A DNA stretch of 64,000 nt from an uncultured Aminicenantes bacterium (GCA_965195285.1 CBDAFS010000031.1:125262-189261), one strand, 5' to 3'; numbered from the stretch's first letter, positions 30,114 to 40,873 are shown. Notes: generated by a model not told the origin, from the letters alone. Program-made: numbers and translations.

Positions 30114-32048
30114 ATGATTAAGAGAGTTATTTTTTTATTTTTTTTCTCATTTTTTTCATCCTTATTCCTTTTTCCGGATTCAAAAGATGATGACAAACAA
30201 CCGGTATCACACCCCTCTTTTACCGAAGAGATTGTGGTTGAAGGTGAGATTGTATCTAAAACCGCAACGGTATCTACTATAACCGCAAAGGAAATTGAAG
30301 AAAAAGGTGTGAAAAATGTTGCTGAAGCTTTGGAATTGATACCCGGGGGTTTTGTTCGGGTCGGTGGAAGCGGAGAGGCTTATATCCGCATCCGCGGTTT
30401 TCGTCAAAGGGAAATTGCCCTGTTAATTGATGGTATACTCATTAGTTCGCCTTATAATGGTCAATTGGATTTGAGCAGTATCCCGGTCAATACCATTGAC
30501 CGTATTGAGTTGGTAAGAGGCGCATCTTCACTGATGTATGGGCCCAATACCATGGGTGGGGTAATTAACATTATCACCAAGAAAAGCAGTGGTGCTACCG
30601 AGTTTAGTATGACCAATGAATACGGGAGCGGAGATACCGGCAAGGTGGGGGCTTATCTTCAAGGTGGAATCGGTTCCCTTCGTTATATGGTTGCGGGTAG
30701 CTACTTTAATCAGAATGAATATCTGCTTTCAAGGAGTTATGAAGAACAAGAAAATCAGGGAAGTGGAGCCAGAGCCAATAGTGACCGGAAAATTTGGAAT
30801 TCTTCGGTTAGTCTGGGCTGGGATATGGGTAAGAAGAGTCGGGCAACCTTTCATTTCAGTCACATTGACCAGGTTCGGGGCCTGCCGCATCATGAGAGTG
30901 ACCCCAGGGCAAAATTTCGACGATATACTGATTGGCAGCAGGGAATGGTCGATTTTATTTTTGATACCCATTTTGGCAACAGTTCATTAAAGGCAAAAGT
31001 TTATTACGAATATTTAAATCACACCCTGGATAACTATGATGATATGAGCTATTCAACTCAAGACAATCAGAAATCGACAACAGAAAGCATGAAAAATTAT
31101 GCCATGGGAGGTGATCTGTTTTACCGCTATCATTTTAACCAACGGCTGCTCTTTAAATCGGCACTTCGCTTCCGCTATGACCATAACAAATCCCGCCCCG
31201 ATTTCTCCGATCCCTGGGGAAGTCATGCATATAATATATTTTCAATCCCTCTGGAAATAGAATGGAGAGGAACAGATATACTCCTCATTTCAGGAGGTGC
31301 GTCTTTTGATCTGATGAGTTTTGATAAAGGCCAAGATTTAGGATCCCGCACCACAAATAGCTTTAATCCTCAACTTGCCCTCATGGTATTTCCCATCAAA
31401 ACCTTGAGTTTTAAAGCCACGGCCTCCCACAAGACCCGTTTTCCAACAATCAGGGAACTGTTCTCGCTGGATTCGGGAAATCCTGATTTAGAACCCATGA
31501 CTGCAGATATCTTTGAATTGGGGGCTGAATGGAGAATTAACCCGAAATGGTCAGTTTCACTTTTGGGTTTTTACAATAACATCAATGATCTGATTGGTCG
31601 CTCCAGCAAAGACGATCCCTATGATAATATTGACAAAGCCGTTTTCAAGGGATTTGAAGCCGGCATGGAATGGGATAACCAAAATTGGATTATACTCAAA
31701 CTTTTTTATACCTATCTTGAGGCTATTGATAAATCACCAACAAGTTCAGGGTATATTGAACATAGACCGCGGCATAAGATCGATACTTCCATAGCGATTA
31801 AGTTGCCGTCTCAGTTCTACATAAGCGCAGATATCGGTTATGTGTCATCACAGCTCTATTATAGTGATGAAGAAGAAGAACATCTGGATCCTTTTACCCT
31901 TATTGATTTGTGCCTGACTAAAAAAGTAGGGCGCTTCATGGAGTTTTTTGTGACGATTCGTAATCTATTCGATGTAATTTATTATGAAAGTGAAGGATAT
32001 CCCAGAGAAGGGAGAATAATCCTTGGTGGCTTTCGTTTAACCCTATAA
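30114..32048 (+). CDS. TonB-dependent outer-membrane receptor
   Basis: Signal peptide, EEIVV TonB box-like, plug IRIRGF..IDRIELVRGASSLMYGPNTMGGVINIITK, GNPDLEP, RNLFD; ATG 30114 follows AAGGAGG. Confidence 0.92.
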   Translation: MIKRVIFLFFFSFFSSLFLFPDSKDDDKQPVSHPSFTEEIVVEGEIVSKTATVSTITAKEIEEKGVKNVAEALELIPGGFVRVGGSGEAYIRIRGFRQREIALLIDGILISSPYNGQLDLSSIPVNTIDRIELVRGASSLMYGPNTMGGVINIITKKSSGATEFSMTNEYGSGDTGKVGAYLQGGIGSLRYMVAGSYFNQNEYLLSRSYEEQENQGSGARANSDRKIWNSSVSLGWDMGKKSRATFHFSHIDQVRGLPHHESDPRAKFRRYTDWQQGMVDFIFDTHFGNSSLKAKVYYEYLNHTLDNYDDMSYSTQDNQKSTTESMKNYAMGGDLFYRYHFNQRLLFKSALRFRYDHNKSRPDFSDPWGSHAYNIFSIPLEIEWRGTDILLISGGASFDLMSFDKGQDLGSRTTNSFNPQLALMVFPIKTLSFKATASHKTRFPTIRELFSLDSGNPDLEPMTADIFELGAEWRINPKWSVSLLGFYNNINDLIGRSSKDDPYDNIDKAVFKGFEAGMEWDNQNWIILKLFYTYLEAIDKSPTSSGYIEHRPRHKIDTSIAIKLPSQFYISADIGYVSSQLYYSDEEEEHLDPFTLIDLCLTKKVGRFMEFFVTIRNLFDVIYYESEGYPREGRIILGGFRLTL

Positions 32049-32060
32049 GGAGAAATTCAT

Positions 32061-33329
32061 ATGTCATTAAAAATTTTGGTTATGTTGTCTTTGTTATTGT
32101 TTCAAAACATTTCTGCAGCGGAAAAGGAATTATTGGTACAAAACGCCCGCTTTTATTCAGCCAATACAGTTGATATTAACCGGGATGGTATAGTTGAAGT
32201 TATTGCTGCCGGTCAATTGAATCATGGGAATGAAAAAAACCATTCGGCCTATATTGCTGTTTTCAAAAGAGATAACGGTTCATTTAAAAAAGTGTCCGAG
32301 TTATCCTTCCGCATCTCTCATAAAGGGGCAAATATTTCTACAAGAATCCGCAACATCCAGATCATTCCGGAGAAAAGCACGGGGAGTTTATTTTTTGTTA
32401 CCTCCGGTCGGGCAGGCGAGGATGAAGGCGGAATCGGTTTTATCCAGTATGGTAAACTTCAACAAGATCAGATTTCCATGGACGGGTATCATAAATTTGT
32501 TGATACCCAGGCAAAATATACCCATGGTTATCCCCTGGCTATTGGAGACCTGAACGGTGACCGGAAGCCTGAAATTGTTTATGGAGGGTTTGTGGGAACT
32601 GAAAAAGGAGATCGAGCCGATATTCATGTCTTTAGATTCGAAAAGGGTAAACTTAAAGAAGATAAAATTGCTTTTTCTTCTCTCAAAATTCCCCTGCGGG
32701 TAAATGCCATCGTGATTGGTGATCTGGATGGTGACAGTAAAAATGATATTGTTATCGCAGGCAGAACTTTAAAACCAAACGGCAAGGAGTATGCTTCCTT
32801 TGCCTGGGATTCTCAGGGTAAAACCTACCATCATATATTCAATGATGGGTTTCCCAGTCGATTAAGAACTCTGCTGATAATTGATATTGATCAGGATGGA
32901 AAAAATGAATTGGTTACCGGAGGAAGACAAGAATTCGGTAAAATCTGGGTGGCGGACCTTCAAATCTGGAATATCAATGATAATGATGCTAACTTATCCG
33001 ATCGTTTCTTCTGGAGCTCTGGTCATCAAATAAGATTGCGGGCAATCTCGCCAATAAAAAACCAGCCCAACCATTTCAGGGTCGCCGGAAGAGTTGAGTA
33101 TAGAAGAAAAGATGGAAGTGTTGGATGGTCCGGTTTTATCAGGTCTTTTGGAAAAGAGAATGGCTCTTTTCAGCCGGTTTCTGGTTTAGAGTTGTTTGAT
33201 TTTGGCCATGAAACTCGTATCCGGGATCTTCATCTGGCCGAAAGTGGTGATACGGTTCTTGCCGGTTTTGGTAAAACCAAAGCAGGACAAAACTTCGGAT
33301 TCATCCGTTTCATAACTGCCAACAAGTAA
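32061..33329 (+). CDS. Secreted FG-GAP/VCBS repeat beta-propeller protein
   Basis: DINRDGIVE, DLNGDRKPE, DLDGDSKND and DIDQDGKNE Ca-binding repeats; 12 bp after the TBDR. Confidence 0.8.
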   Translation: MSLKILVMLSLLLFQNISAAEKELLVQNARFYSANTVDINRDGIVEVIAAGQLNHGNEKNHSAYIAVFKRDNGSFKKVSELSFRISHKGANISTRIRNIQIIPEKSTGSLFFVTSGRAGEDEGGIGFIQYGKLQQDQISMDGYHKFVDTQAKYTHGYPLAIGDLNGDRKPEIVYGGFVGTEKGDRADIHVFRFEKGKLKEDKIAFSSLKIPLRVNAIVIGDLDGDSKNDIVIAGRTLKPNGKEYASFAWDSQGKTYHHIFNDGFPSRLRTLLIIDIDQDGKNELVTGGRQEFGKIWVADLQIWNINDNDANLSDRFFWSSGHQIRLRAISPIKNQPNHFRVAGRVEYRRKDGSVGWSGFIRSFGKENGSFQPVSGLELFDFGHETRIRDLHLAESGDTVLAGFGKTKAGQNFGFIRFITANK

Positions 33330-33339
33330 AACCTGATTT

Positions 33340-34083
33340 TTATTCTTTGTTTTTGACATAAATAAGTTTAAATCTTCCCTTTTGACTCTCCCGGGTTTCG
33401 ATGTCGAATTTACCGATGGAAGCAATCAGGGGGGTTAACTTTTCAAAACCATAATTTCTGGAATCAAAATTGGGTTGTTTCTTCTGCAAAAGGCTTCCCA
33501 CATCTCCTAAAAAAGCCCAGCTATCATCATCAGCCAGGTCAGATATGGTTGATGAAATTAACTGGATGATTTCAGGGGTAATTTCTTCGACCGTACTTTT
33601 CCGGGAAGGTTTATTCTTATTGATACTGGATTCACTTCTCTTTGATCGGTTCTTGAGGATTTCAATGTAGATAAATTTATCACAGGCCACTATAAACGGG
33701 TTGGGAGTCTTTTTTTCTCCGATTCCAAACACCTTCATCCCGGCTTCCCGCAACCGGGTGGCCAGCCGGGTAAAATCGCTATCGCTGGATACCAGGCAAA
33801 ATCCGTTGACCTGACCGGAATACAAAATATCCATGGCATCAATAATCATGGCAGAGTCAGTGGCATTTTTACCGGAAGTATATGCATATTGCTGGATCGG
33901 GATGATGGCATTTTTTAAAAGGACTTTTTTCCATTTGGCCAGAGTGGGTTTGGTCCAGTCTCCAAAGATCCTTTTGATAGTGGGATTTCCATATTTGGCA
34001 ATTTCCTCCATCATTTCTTTTACATAATCAGAGGCGATATTGTCCCCGTCGATCAATACGGCAAATTTTATTTCCTTTTCCAT
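33340..34083 (-). CDS. NYN domain + OST-HTH/LOTUS protein
   Basis: AVLIDGDN, GKNATDSAMIIDAMD, SSDSDF, FDSRNYGFEKL. Confidence 0.9.
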   Translation of the reverse strand: MEKEIKFAVLIDGDNIASDYVKEMMEEIAKYGNPTIKRIFGDWTKPTLAKWKKVLLKNAIIPIQQYAYTSGKNATDSAMIIDAMDILYSGQVNGFCLVSSDSDFTRLATRLREAGMKVFGIGEKKTPNPFIVACDKFIYIEILKNRSKRSESSINKNKPSRKSTVEEITPEIIQLISSTISDLADDDSWAFLGDVGSLLQKKQPNFDSRNYGFEKLTPLIASIGKFDIETRESQKGRFKLIYVKNKE

Positions 34084-34204
34084 TTTATTTCCTCATTTTA
34101 TCATTCCATTGTTTAATGCTTTTGCATTTGCCTTAACTATACAAGAAAACAACAACATAATCAAAAATATAAACTCTTTTTTCACTAATCCCTTTTATTG
34201 TATT

Positions 34205-35254
34205 TCAATCTATATTCTTGGTGTATACCGTTCTGGTGGGAAATGGAATCCCGATATTTGCTTTGTTTAAGGCCTTATAAATTTCATCGGTTATATTGAG
34301 CTTGGTTGAAAAGGCTTCCGTATAGTTCTTGACCCAGGCCCTGGCAACAAAATCCAGGGAAAAATCAGACATTTTTAAAAACAGGACATCAGGCGGAGGT
34401 TCTTCAAGGACTGATTCCACCTTCTTTATGGCTTCTAAAACAACATGCTTAACCTGGTCAGAATCTGATCCGTATTCGACACCAAAATCAATGTTTACCC
34501 GGATAGTAAGATCAGGCATCGTAAAATTTTTAACCTTAGCATTGGCTAGATAACCATTGGGGATATATATAACCTCATTGTCGTAAGTCTTCAATTTTGT
34601 ACTTCTTAGCCCAATGTCAAGAATGACTCCCATTTCACCCGATTCTAACTGAACCTTATCTCCAACTTTAAAAGTTCTATCTAAGACAAGCTGAATCCCA
34701 CCCAGGATATTAGACAAACTGTCTTTTACAGCCAGGCCAATAGCAAGACCGGCGATTCCTGCCGTAGCAAGAAGAGGGCTAATGTTTATCTGCCAGGCAT
34801 TAAAAATAAAAATTACAGCCAGAACTAAAATGACAACCTTTAAGATTTTCTCGATTAAAGGAATTAACCTGTCATCCGCAGTGGACTTTGTTTTGGATGC
34901 CCATTCATTCAACCAGTGTTGAGAAAAATCATGGAGAATTCTAATGATAAAGATTGTCACAATAACGATTAAAAGACTATCGATTAAGTTGTTTGAAATC
35001 TTGGATTCGAATTTGATTTTCTGAAAACCGATTTTCAAACCCAAAATAAGGAAAATATAAAAAATTATCGAAGAAAGACTCTTTACGATTAAATCGTCGA
35101 TTTTGGTCTTTGTCTTTTGTGCCAAAGGCTTCAACACTGATTTTAGTATAACTTTTGCTAAATAGGCAAGTATGAGGGTAATGACTAAAATCAACAAAAA
35201 TCTCAGATAGAGATTTTCTAAAATAAACTGAAAAATATCGGATACAGTCTTCAT
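34205..35254 (-). CDS. Small-conductance mechanosensitive channel (MscS family)
   Basis: GIAGLAIGLAVKDSLSN, FKVGD, IGLRSTKL, IPFP. Confidence 0.92.
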   Translation of the reverse strand: MKTVSDIFQFILENLYLRFLLILVITLILAYLAKVILKSVLKPLAQKTKTKIDDLIVKSLSSIIFYIFLILGLKIGFQKIKFESKISNNLIDSLLIVIVTIFIIRILHDFSQHWLNEWASKTKSTADDRLIPLIEKILKVVILVLAVIFIFNAWQINISPLLATAGIAGLAIGLAVKDSLSNILGGIQLVLDRTFKVGDKVQLESGEMGVILDIGLRSTKLKTYDNEVIYIPNGYLANAKVKNFTMPDLTIRVNIDFGVEYGSDSDQVKHVVLEAIKKVESVLEEPPPDVLFLKMSDFSLDFVARAWVKNYTEAFSTKLNITDEIYKALNKANIGIPFPTRTVYTKNID

Positions 35255-35268
35255 TTGAATTTCTCCTT

Positions 35269-36747
35269 TTAAAAAAGTTGTCTTAACCCATCAAGGAGTA
35301 CCCGGGTGGCGATGCAATCATCTTCATTGTATTCTAAAATGCGTTTTTTGATGCTTTCATCCTTTTCTTCAACCCAGCGATGATACCATTCGATGGACGA
35401 TGCACCGGAGGGATCTTCATCTCTCCAGGTAAACCCCAGATATTGAGCCAGTGTTTTTATTGAGAAATTATTGGTTGGCCATTCGGTTTTTTTCATAACC
35501 ACATCATAATACAAATCAACTGAAGATTCGGGTGAAAATATAGCCTCGACTTCCTCCGGACTGATAATAACCGGATACTTTTGCTGCAGTTTTCTCCATA
35601 TGGTGCGCTCATATTTTGAATAAAAATACAGGATGCAGGGCTGGTTTGATTTTATGAAATTAACAGCTTCAGAGAATGATTTTTTTTCTTCGTTTTCATT
35701 CGGTTTATTTGCAAAAAAAGCATGGTATTTCTCGGTTGAATTGTCGCCATTATATCTGACAACAAAGCCATGCAGGTAACAGGTGTCCCTCATCGGATCC
35801 GTCTCAATATCAAAAAACAATTCAGTTTTTGATTCCGGTAATTCGATTTTTTCAGTAGCAATTGGCTTTGAACCGGGAGTGGATAATAATTTCGCCCGGG
35901 TTTGATACTTCAATAATGAATTCAGACCCACACCTTTTATTTTTATTTCTCGGCTAAAAATATTTAAATCCAGTGATGCCATATCTTTAACCGTGCTGAT
36001 AGTGGTCATGAGTTTATCCCTGGTTGACCGGCCCAGTTCCGGAATCAGGGTTAAATCATTCAATCGATCTATTTCATTTTTGCAGAATGTATGCCAGTGA
36101 CATAGTTTGCAGGTGGCTGTGAGTGCCGGTGTGGTCGTTATTTTCTTTTCAACTATCTGCTCGACCGCTTCCAAAGAATCCTGATACACACTCCAGAGTG
36201 ATACCGGATTTCGGATTCCTTGAAATTCATCCAGATTGTATTCAATTTCTCGGTTGTTTATATCCCATACAAAGGGAATCCGCTCTGATAGATAACCGGA
36301 TTGTTCCAGGATGTCTGTATATAATGCCAGTTGCACCGCATAATGTTTTTTTGGTTTCCCATCTTCAAGATCAGAATCGCCCTCCAATCCTTTTCCACTT
36401 TTAATATCGCCGGGAATATAGCCATTTTTATGTTTTTTCAAAAGATCAGGCACACCCAGGAGATTTTTATACCGGATACGACCACTATATATCAGCTCAT
36501 CACTCCGGTTCATGGCCTCTATCGTAGCCTTTTCTTTTTCCTCCCCTTTAAAAACACTCAGGTCTGTAAACGGTATTTCCAGATTTCCCATCACTTCCTT
36601 TTCATAAAAATTACCCTTTTCCCAGAGGAGTTTTACGAATACACTTATTTCATCCCTTTTACTTTCATCCCCGAATAAATCCAGACTCACCCGGTGCGGA
36701 CACTGTACCCAATCATAAAGCATGGTAGCGGTAATATTTTTTTTCAT
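35269..36747 (-). CDS. TM0106 family RecB-like nuclease with C-terminal RNase H-like domain
   Basis: GVPDLL..PGDIKS...QLALY, FFDIETDP, ILEYNEDDCIAT. Confidence 0.85.
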   Translation of the reverse strand: MKKNITATMLYDWVQCPHRVSLDLFGDESKRDEISVFVKLLWEKGNFYEKEVMGNLEIPFTDLSVFKGEEKEKATIEAMNRSDELIYSGRIRYKNLLGVPDLLKKHKNGYIPGDIKSGKGLEGDSDLEDGKPKKHYAVQLALYTDILEQSGYLSERIPFVWDINNREIEYNLDEFQGIRNPVSLWSVYQDSLEAVEQIVEKKITTTPALTATCKLCHWHTFCKNEIDRLNDLTLIPELGRSTRDKLMTTISTVKDMASLDLNIFSREIKIKGVGLNSLLKYQTRAKLLSTPGSKPIATEKIELPESKTELFFDIETDPMRDTCYLHGFVVRYNGDNSTEKYHAFFANKPNENEEKKSFSEAVNFIKSNQPCILYFYSKYERTIWRKLQQKYPVIISPEEVEAIFSPESSVDLYYDVVMKKTEWPTNNFSIKTLAQYLGFTWRDEDPSGASSIEWYHRWVEEKDESIKKRILEYNEDDCIATRVLLDGLRQLF

Positions 36748-36812
36748 TTTTTTACCTTCCCGGCATTTTGCCCCCCGGGTTTGCTAAAGGATTATTCTAT
36801 CTATAATTCAGG

Positions 36813-36851
36813 AAATTTTCAAATGTTAAAATGAAAGAACTGACCTCCGTT
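36813..36851 (+). repeat. Flank family A: AAATTTTCAAATGYTAAAATGAAAGAACTGACCYCG
   Basis: Near-identical copy at 44771-44808, partial copy at 39973-39990. Confidence 0.85.
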
Positions 36852-36871
36852 ACAACCAACCGTCCCCCCGT

Positions 36872-38572
36872 TTATTTCACTTTTTCGAATTTGAGGTTTC
36901 TGAGGCGTCCCGTATTTACATAGAATCCGGTAATTTTACCCTCTTTGTCTCTCTGAAAACTGAGAGTGGAGTAACCGCCCCTGCTACCGAAGATATCTTT
37001 TATCAGCGGCTGCAGGTGGTTATCATCATCCTGTTTTTTAAAATCGACAAACAAACCCCTCTCATCGACTGCTAATTTAAACATAACCTCAAGTTCATCC
37101 GATTCGTATCGGCCGGTGTATTCTTTTAGATCCTCAGTAGTGGGATTAAACAGCTCAACCCGGTTGCCGTCGATCACATCATTACCAACAGTAACCTTAA
37201 TTTTTCCGGATTTACCATTCTCCATTTCAAAAAATTCCACCGTAACATTGGGGAACTCTTTCATATAAAAGGCTGTTTTAGCGAAAGGAATCAACTCACT
37301 CTTGTTTTCGGGTGACCGCACATAAAAAAGTTTTTTTCCTTCCCGTTTCATGGTGCGCAGCAAACGTGACCGGGACAGCCAGTAAGGGCCGGTAAATCCT
37401 TGAATTTTTTTCAATGACAGTTTTATCGCTTTCCGCACCGGTTGTTGGGTTTGATCCGGTCCGGTTTTTATTTTTTCGGTCAGGTAAATATCAATGATTT
37501 GCTGTGTCAGCAGACCGGGATTGAATTGAGCCAGGTTTGAAAGCACCACCACCCCGAATTTTTCATCGGGGAAATAACGCATGTAGGAGCGGAACCCGGC
37601 ATCAGCTCCTCCGTGGCCAATATACTTCAAACCCTTGTACTCGCCAACACCCAGGCCGCGGGCGTAATTGATTTTTTCTCCATTGTTCAGCACGCCCCGT
37701 TCAAACATAGGGGCGATCGCCTGTTCACCACCCACCCGTTTTTCCGAATAATTCCTCATCCAGTTGGCCATGTCCTCAACCGTGGTAAACAGGCTGGTTG
37801 CGCCGACATTGGCGTAGTTAAGTATGCTCCTGACCAGTCCTCGTTTACGGTCCTGTCGGTAGGAATAGGCACGGTTTTTGACAATTTGCTGGTGGTCGAT
37901 GTGAAAGTGGGTTAAATTCATGCCCAGCGGTTTAAAGATGTTTTCATCTACCCATTCAACAAAAGGCTGTCCGGTGATCCGGGAAATGATTTCGGTCAGC
38001 AGCGTAAAACCGCTGTTGGAATACATATACTGCTCCCCCGGTTTGAAATTGAGTTCACGCTGCCGCTTTAAAAGGTAAAGAATATCTTTCTGGGTAATAA
38101 CATCCTCCATCCTCCAGCCGGAGAAAATCAACAACTCCCACTGGTCACGGATTCCGGAGGTGTGGTTCAATAGATGACGAATGGTAATCGTGTGGCCGAA
38201 ATCAGACATCCATGGCAGGTATTTGCGGATGTCATCGTCGACAGAAAGCTTTCCCTGCTTCTCGAGCATGGTGATTGCAAAGGCCGGAAATTGTTTTGAT
38301 ACCGAAGCCACATGAAAGATGGTTGACGGTGTAATCGGCACATTGTACTCCATCTGAGCACAGCCAAAACCGTTTCGGTAAACAACCATTCCGTCCTTAA
38401 TGACGGCAACCGCTGCACCGGGCGAGGCGGGGTTGTCCCATTTTTCAAAGAGTTTGGTGACTTTCTCTTCAACAGTGAGTGGTTTTTCTGTGGTGGCCTT
38501 CTCGGTTGCGTACAGGCCGACCAGGAGAACTGCCGTGACAATATAGATGGCGATAAAAATCTGTTTTCTCAT
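36872..38572 (-). CDS. Secreted serine hydrolase (beta-lactamase/D-aminopeptidase-like)
   Basis: ASVSKQF (SxxK), YSNSG, GHGGADAG. Confidence 0.9.
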   Translation of the reverse strand: MRKQIFIAIYIVTAVLLVGLYATEKATTEKPLTVEEKVTKLFEKWDNPASPGAAVAVIKDGMVVYRNGFGCAQMEYNVPITPSTIFHVASVSKQFPAFAITMLEKQGKLSVDDDIRKYLPWMSDFGHTITIRHLLNHTSGIRDQWELLIFSGWRMEDVITQKDILYLLKRQRELNFKPGEQYMYSNSGFTLLTEIISRITGQPFVEWVDENIFKPLGMNLTHFHIDHQQIVKNRAYSYRQDRKRGLVRSILNYANVGATSLFTTVEDMANWMRNYSEKRVGGEQAIAPMFERGVLNNGEKINYARGLGVGEYKGLKYIGHGGADAGFRSYMRYFPDEKFGVVVLSNLAQFNPGLLTQQIIDIYLTEKIKTGPDQTQQPVRKAIKLSLKKIQGFTGPYWLSRSRLLRTMKREGKKLFYVRSPENKSELIPFAKTAFYMKEFPNVTVEFFEMENGKSGKIKVTVGNDVIDGNRVELFNPTTEDLKEYTGRYESDELEVMFKLAVDERGLFVDFKKQDDDNHLQPLIKDIFGSRGGYSTLSFQRDKEGKITGFYVNTGRLRNLKFEKVK

Positions 38573-38700
38573 ACTATCTCCTCCTTGGAATTCGTTAATC
38601 GGTACAATAGCATATTTATTCTTACGTGGATGTGAAGCGGATTGTTCTCAAAATTCCGTAAGACGGTTGTCCCCATCACCCCCATTCGAATCCCGCAGAT

Positions 38701-39663
38701 TCACTCAACTTGTCGATTTCGCACCATCTTATACACAATTTCCAGTGTCTCCAAAAATATGATTAGGGTGATCAAAACAATGAGGCCAATCTTGATTTTT
38801 TCCAGGGTAAAGGGGAGTTTCAGCCAGGAGATTTCCAGGATCTCCCCGCCGATACTGATGTTCATCAATCCCCAGAGTGTAAGCAGGAAAACCAGGTTTT
38901 TGGCCAGCTCCAGGGTGAAGGTGTTGGTCAGATAGCGCATGGTGTGGAACACGATTTCCAGACCGATCCAGATGATGATCACCAGGGAGTAGACAACGGA
39001 TGCGGGTTCGCTGAGCAGAGGCTCCACTTTGTCGAAATTGAGGGATTTGAAAAAGATGGTGCCGTGTTGTAAAAAGAAATAGAGGAGGCCGGTAAACAGG
39101 GCGGTCATGAGGAGCAGGGGCACTACGTGCGGCTTGGGCGGGACGTATGTCTCTTTCCGGACCTTCTTTTTCTTTTTGCCTCCGAACACGGGCCAGGGCA
39201 GGCTCACTTTTTTTTTGGACTGGGTGATAAAAAAGAGGAACAGGGCTACCAGGCCGAAGTCGTACACCCAGATCATGGGCAGCTGGTTGAGGAAGTTGAA
39301 GAAGGTCTCCATGCGGGGAATTGCGAACAGGGGAGGGAATAAAGTGAGCTTGCTCTTGAGAAGAAACAATAGCGCTGCCAGGCCGGCATGGAACACGAAC
39401 ACGATCCAGGTGTAGCGAAAGAGGTATTTGCGAAAGGCGGGAGCGATGATGTGGGTCTCTTCCAGGTATTTTTCCGCCACTTCGCGGGCGCTTCCGTAGC
39501 CGGCGATGGTATTGTTAACGTTCTCCCCGCTCAACTCGCCGTATTCTTCTTTGGTCTTGTCCAGGATGTGGCTCTCGATCTCGAATAAAATGTCACTTGC
39601 TCCGGAGGGAACCACCAGGTAGCGGTCGATCTCCTGTAAATATTGCTCCAAAACTTCGTACAT
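38701..39663 (-). CDS. Membrane protein with N-terminal HAAS-like domain (PadR partner)
   Basis: YLQEIDRYL...DILFEIESHILD...YGSAREVAEKY followed by several TM segments. Confidence 0.75.
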   Translation of the reverse strand: MYEVLEQYLQEIDRYLVVPSGASDILFEIESHILDKTKEEYGELSGENVNNTIAGYGSAREVAEKYLEETHIIAPAFRKYLFRYTWIVFVFHAGLAALLFLLKSKLTLFPPLFAIPRMETFFNFLNQLPMIWVYDFGLVALFLFFITQSKKKVSLPWPVFGGKKKKKVRKETYVPPKPHVVPLLLMTALFTGLLYFFLQHGTIFFKSLNFDKVEPLLSEPASVVYSLVIIIWIGLEIVFHTMRYLTNTFTLELAKNLVFLLTLWGLMNISIGGEILEISWLKLPFTLEKIKIGLIVLITLIIFLETLEIVYKMVRNRQVE

Positions 39664-39664
39664 A

Positions 39665-39968
39665 TTAACTCTCCTCTTGTTGTTTTGATAGTTCGGCCAG
39701 TATGGCGTCCTGGTGTTTCCATTTGGCGAGTAGTTTTTTCCGCACGGTTCGACCCGCGGCCGAAACGATGTAGTATTTTTTGGGCCGGTCGTCCGTCACC
39801 TGCCAGCGGCTCCTGACCAGGCCGTATTTTTCCAGCCGGCGCAGCAGGGGGTAGAGGGTACTCTCCTCCACCCGGTAGCCCGACTCCTCCAGAAAGCGGA
39901 GAATCAGGTAGCCGTACATCTCTCGCTCCAGCACCACCAGGACCAGTACCTGCAGAAAGCCCCGGTTT
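39665..39968 (-). pseudogene. PadR family regulator, 5'-truncated
   Basis: Frame reads NRGFLQVLVLVVLEREMYGY...STLYPLLRRLEK...RPKKYY; upstream it meets a TAA at the family-A flank, with no RBS or start for the first helix. Confidence 0.7.
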
Positions 39969-40001
39969 TTTTAAATGAAAGAACTGACCATGGTTTTTTA
40001 G

Positions 40002-40547
40002 TTATTCGGTTACCCTTTGAATGAAATTGTCAAATCTTTTTTGAATGTCACCGGTAAAATTATGATCGGATAAACGGGTTTTCATGATCGCATCATTGTC
40101 CTTCTGTTTATCCTCCGGCAGCACCAGGCCGATGGGGAATGCTTGGCAGTGGATACACTTGGCTCCGAGCATATCCTTAACCAGTTGAAAGACGGTGCCA
40201 TGTCCGAATTTATCGTTTTTTACTGCATCACCGCTTCCGCAGCAGCTGATAAAATACAGATTTTTAATGCGTTTATGATATTTATTGATAAAACCACGCA
40301 GCGGTGAGATAAACTTACCCATCCAGATGGGACCGCATAAAACGATGCGATTGTATTCATCCAGATTATGCTTGAGGGATTTGATTCCCATGCTCATTTT
40401 CATTAACGAAAAGAGCAGCAAAAAGGGAAAAATAGTCAGCCTCGGTTTGATGGCCTCAATATCACACTCCAGACTTTGAGCGATTTTTTCCGCCAGGTAC
40501 TTATTACTACCGGTATTCGAATAATAAACGACAATTGTTTTTTTCAT
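40002..40547 (-). CDS. Flavodoxin-like protein
   Basis: VVYYSNTGSNKYLAEKIA, LCGPIWMG. Confidence 0.85.
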   Translation of the reverse strand: MKKTIVVYYSNTGSNKYLAEKIAQSLECDIEAIKPRLTIFPFLLLFSLMKMSMGIKSLKHNLDEYNRIVLCGPIWMGKFISPLRGFINKYHKRIKNLYFISCCGSGDAVKNDKFGHGTVFQLVKDMLGAKCIHCQAFPIGLVLPEDKQKDNDAIMKTRLSDHNFTGDIQKRFDNFIQRVTE

Positions 40548-40873
40548 TTTAATCCTGTGTCCACCATAATTAGAAATTTTGTTTTTCTCAAACATGAAAT
40601 ATACGCGGAACCACGGTTCATTGTCAATAGACGAGTGAAAAAATGGAGGTTATGTTATCTCGTAACCTGAATATCCTTTAAGTTCAGGATATACGATATG
40701 TGGATTCCCAAAATAAAGAGAAGAATATATTAAAAAGAGAACCGTCCCTCTTTTTTTATAATTTGAAATAATTAAAAAATTAAAATCCCGTCCCTGGTTC
40801 AGCTCAAAAGACCGTCTCCGGTTTTCTAATGAAAAATTCAGCTTTTTTTTATATCCTTGAAAAATAAATATAA

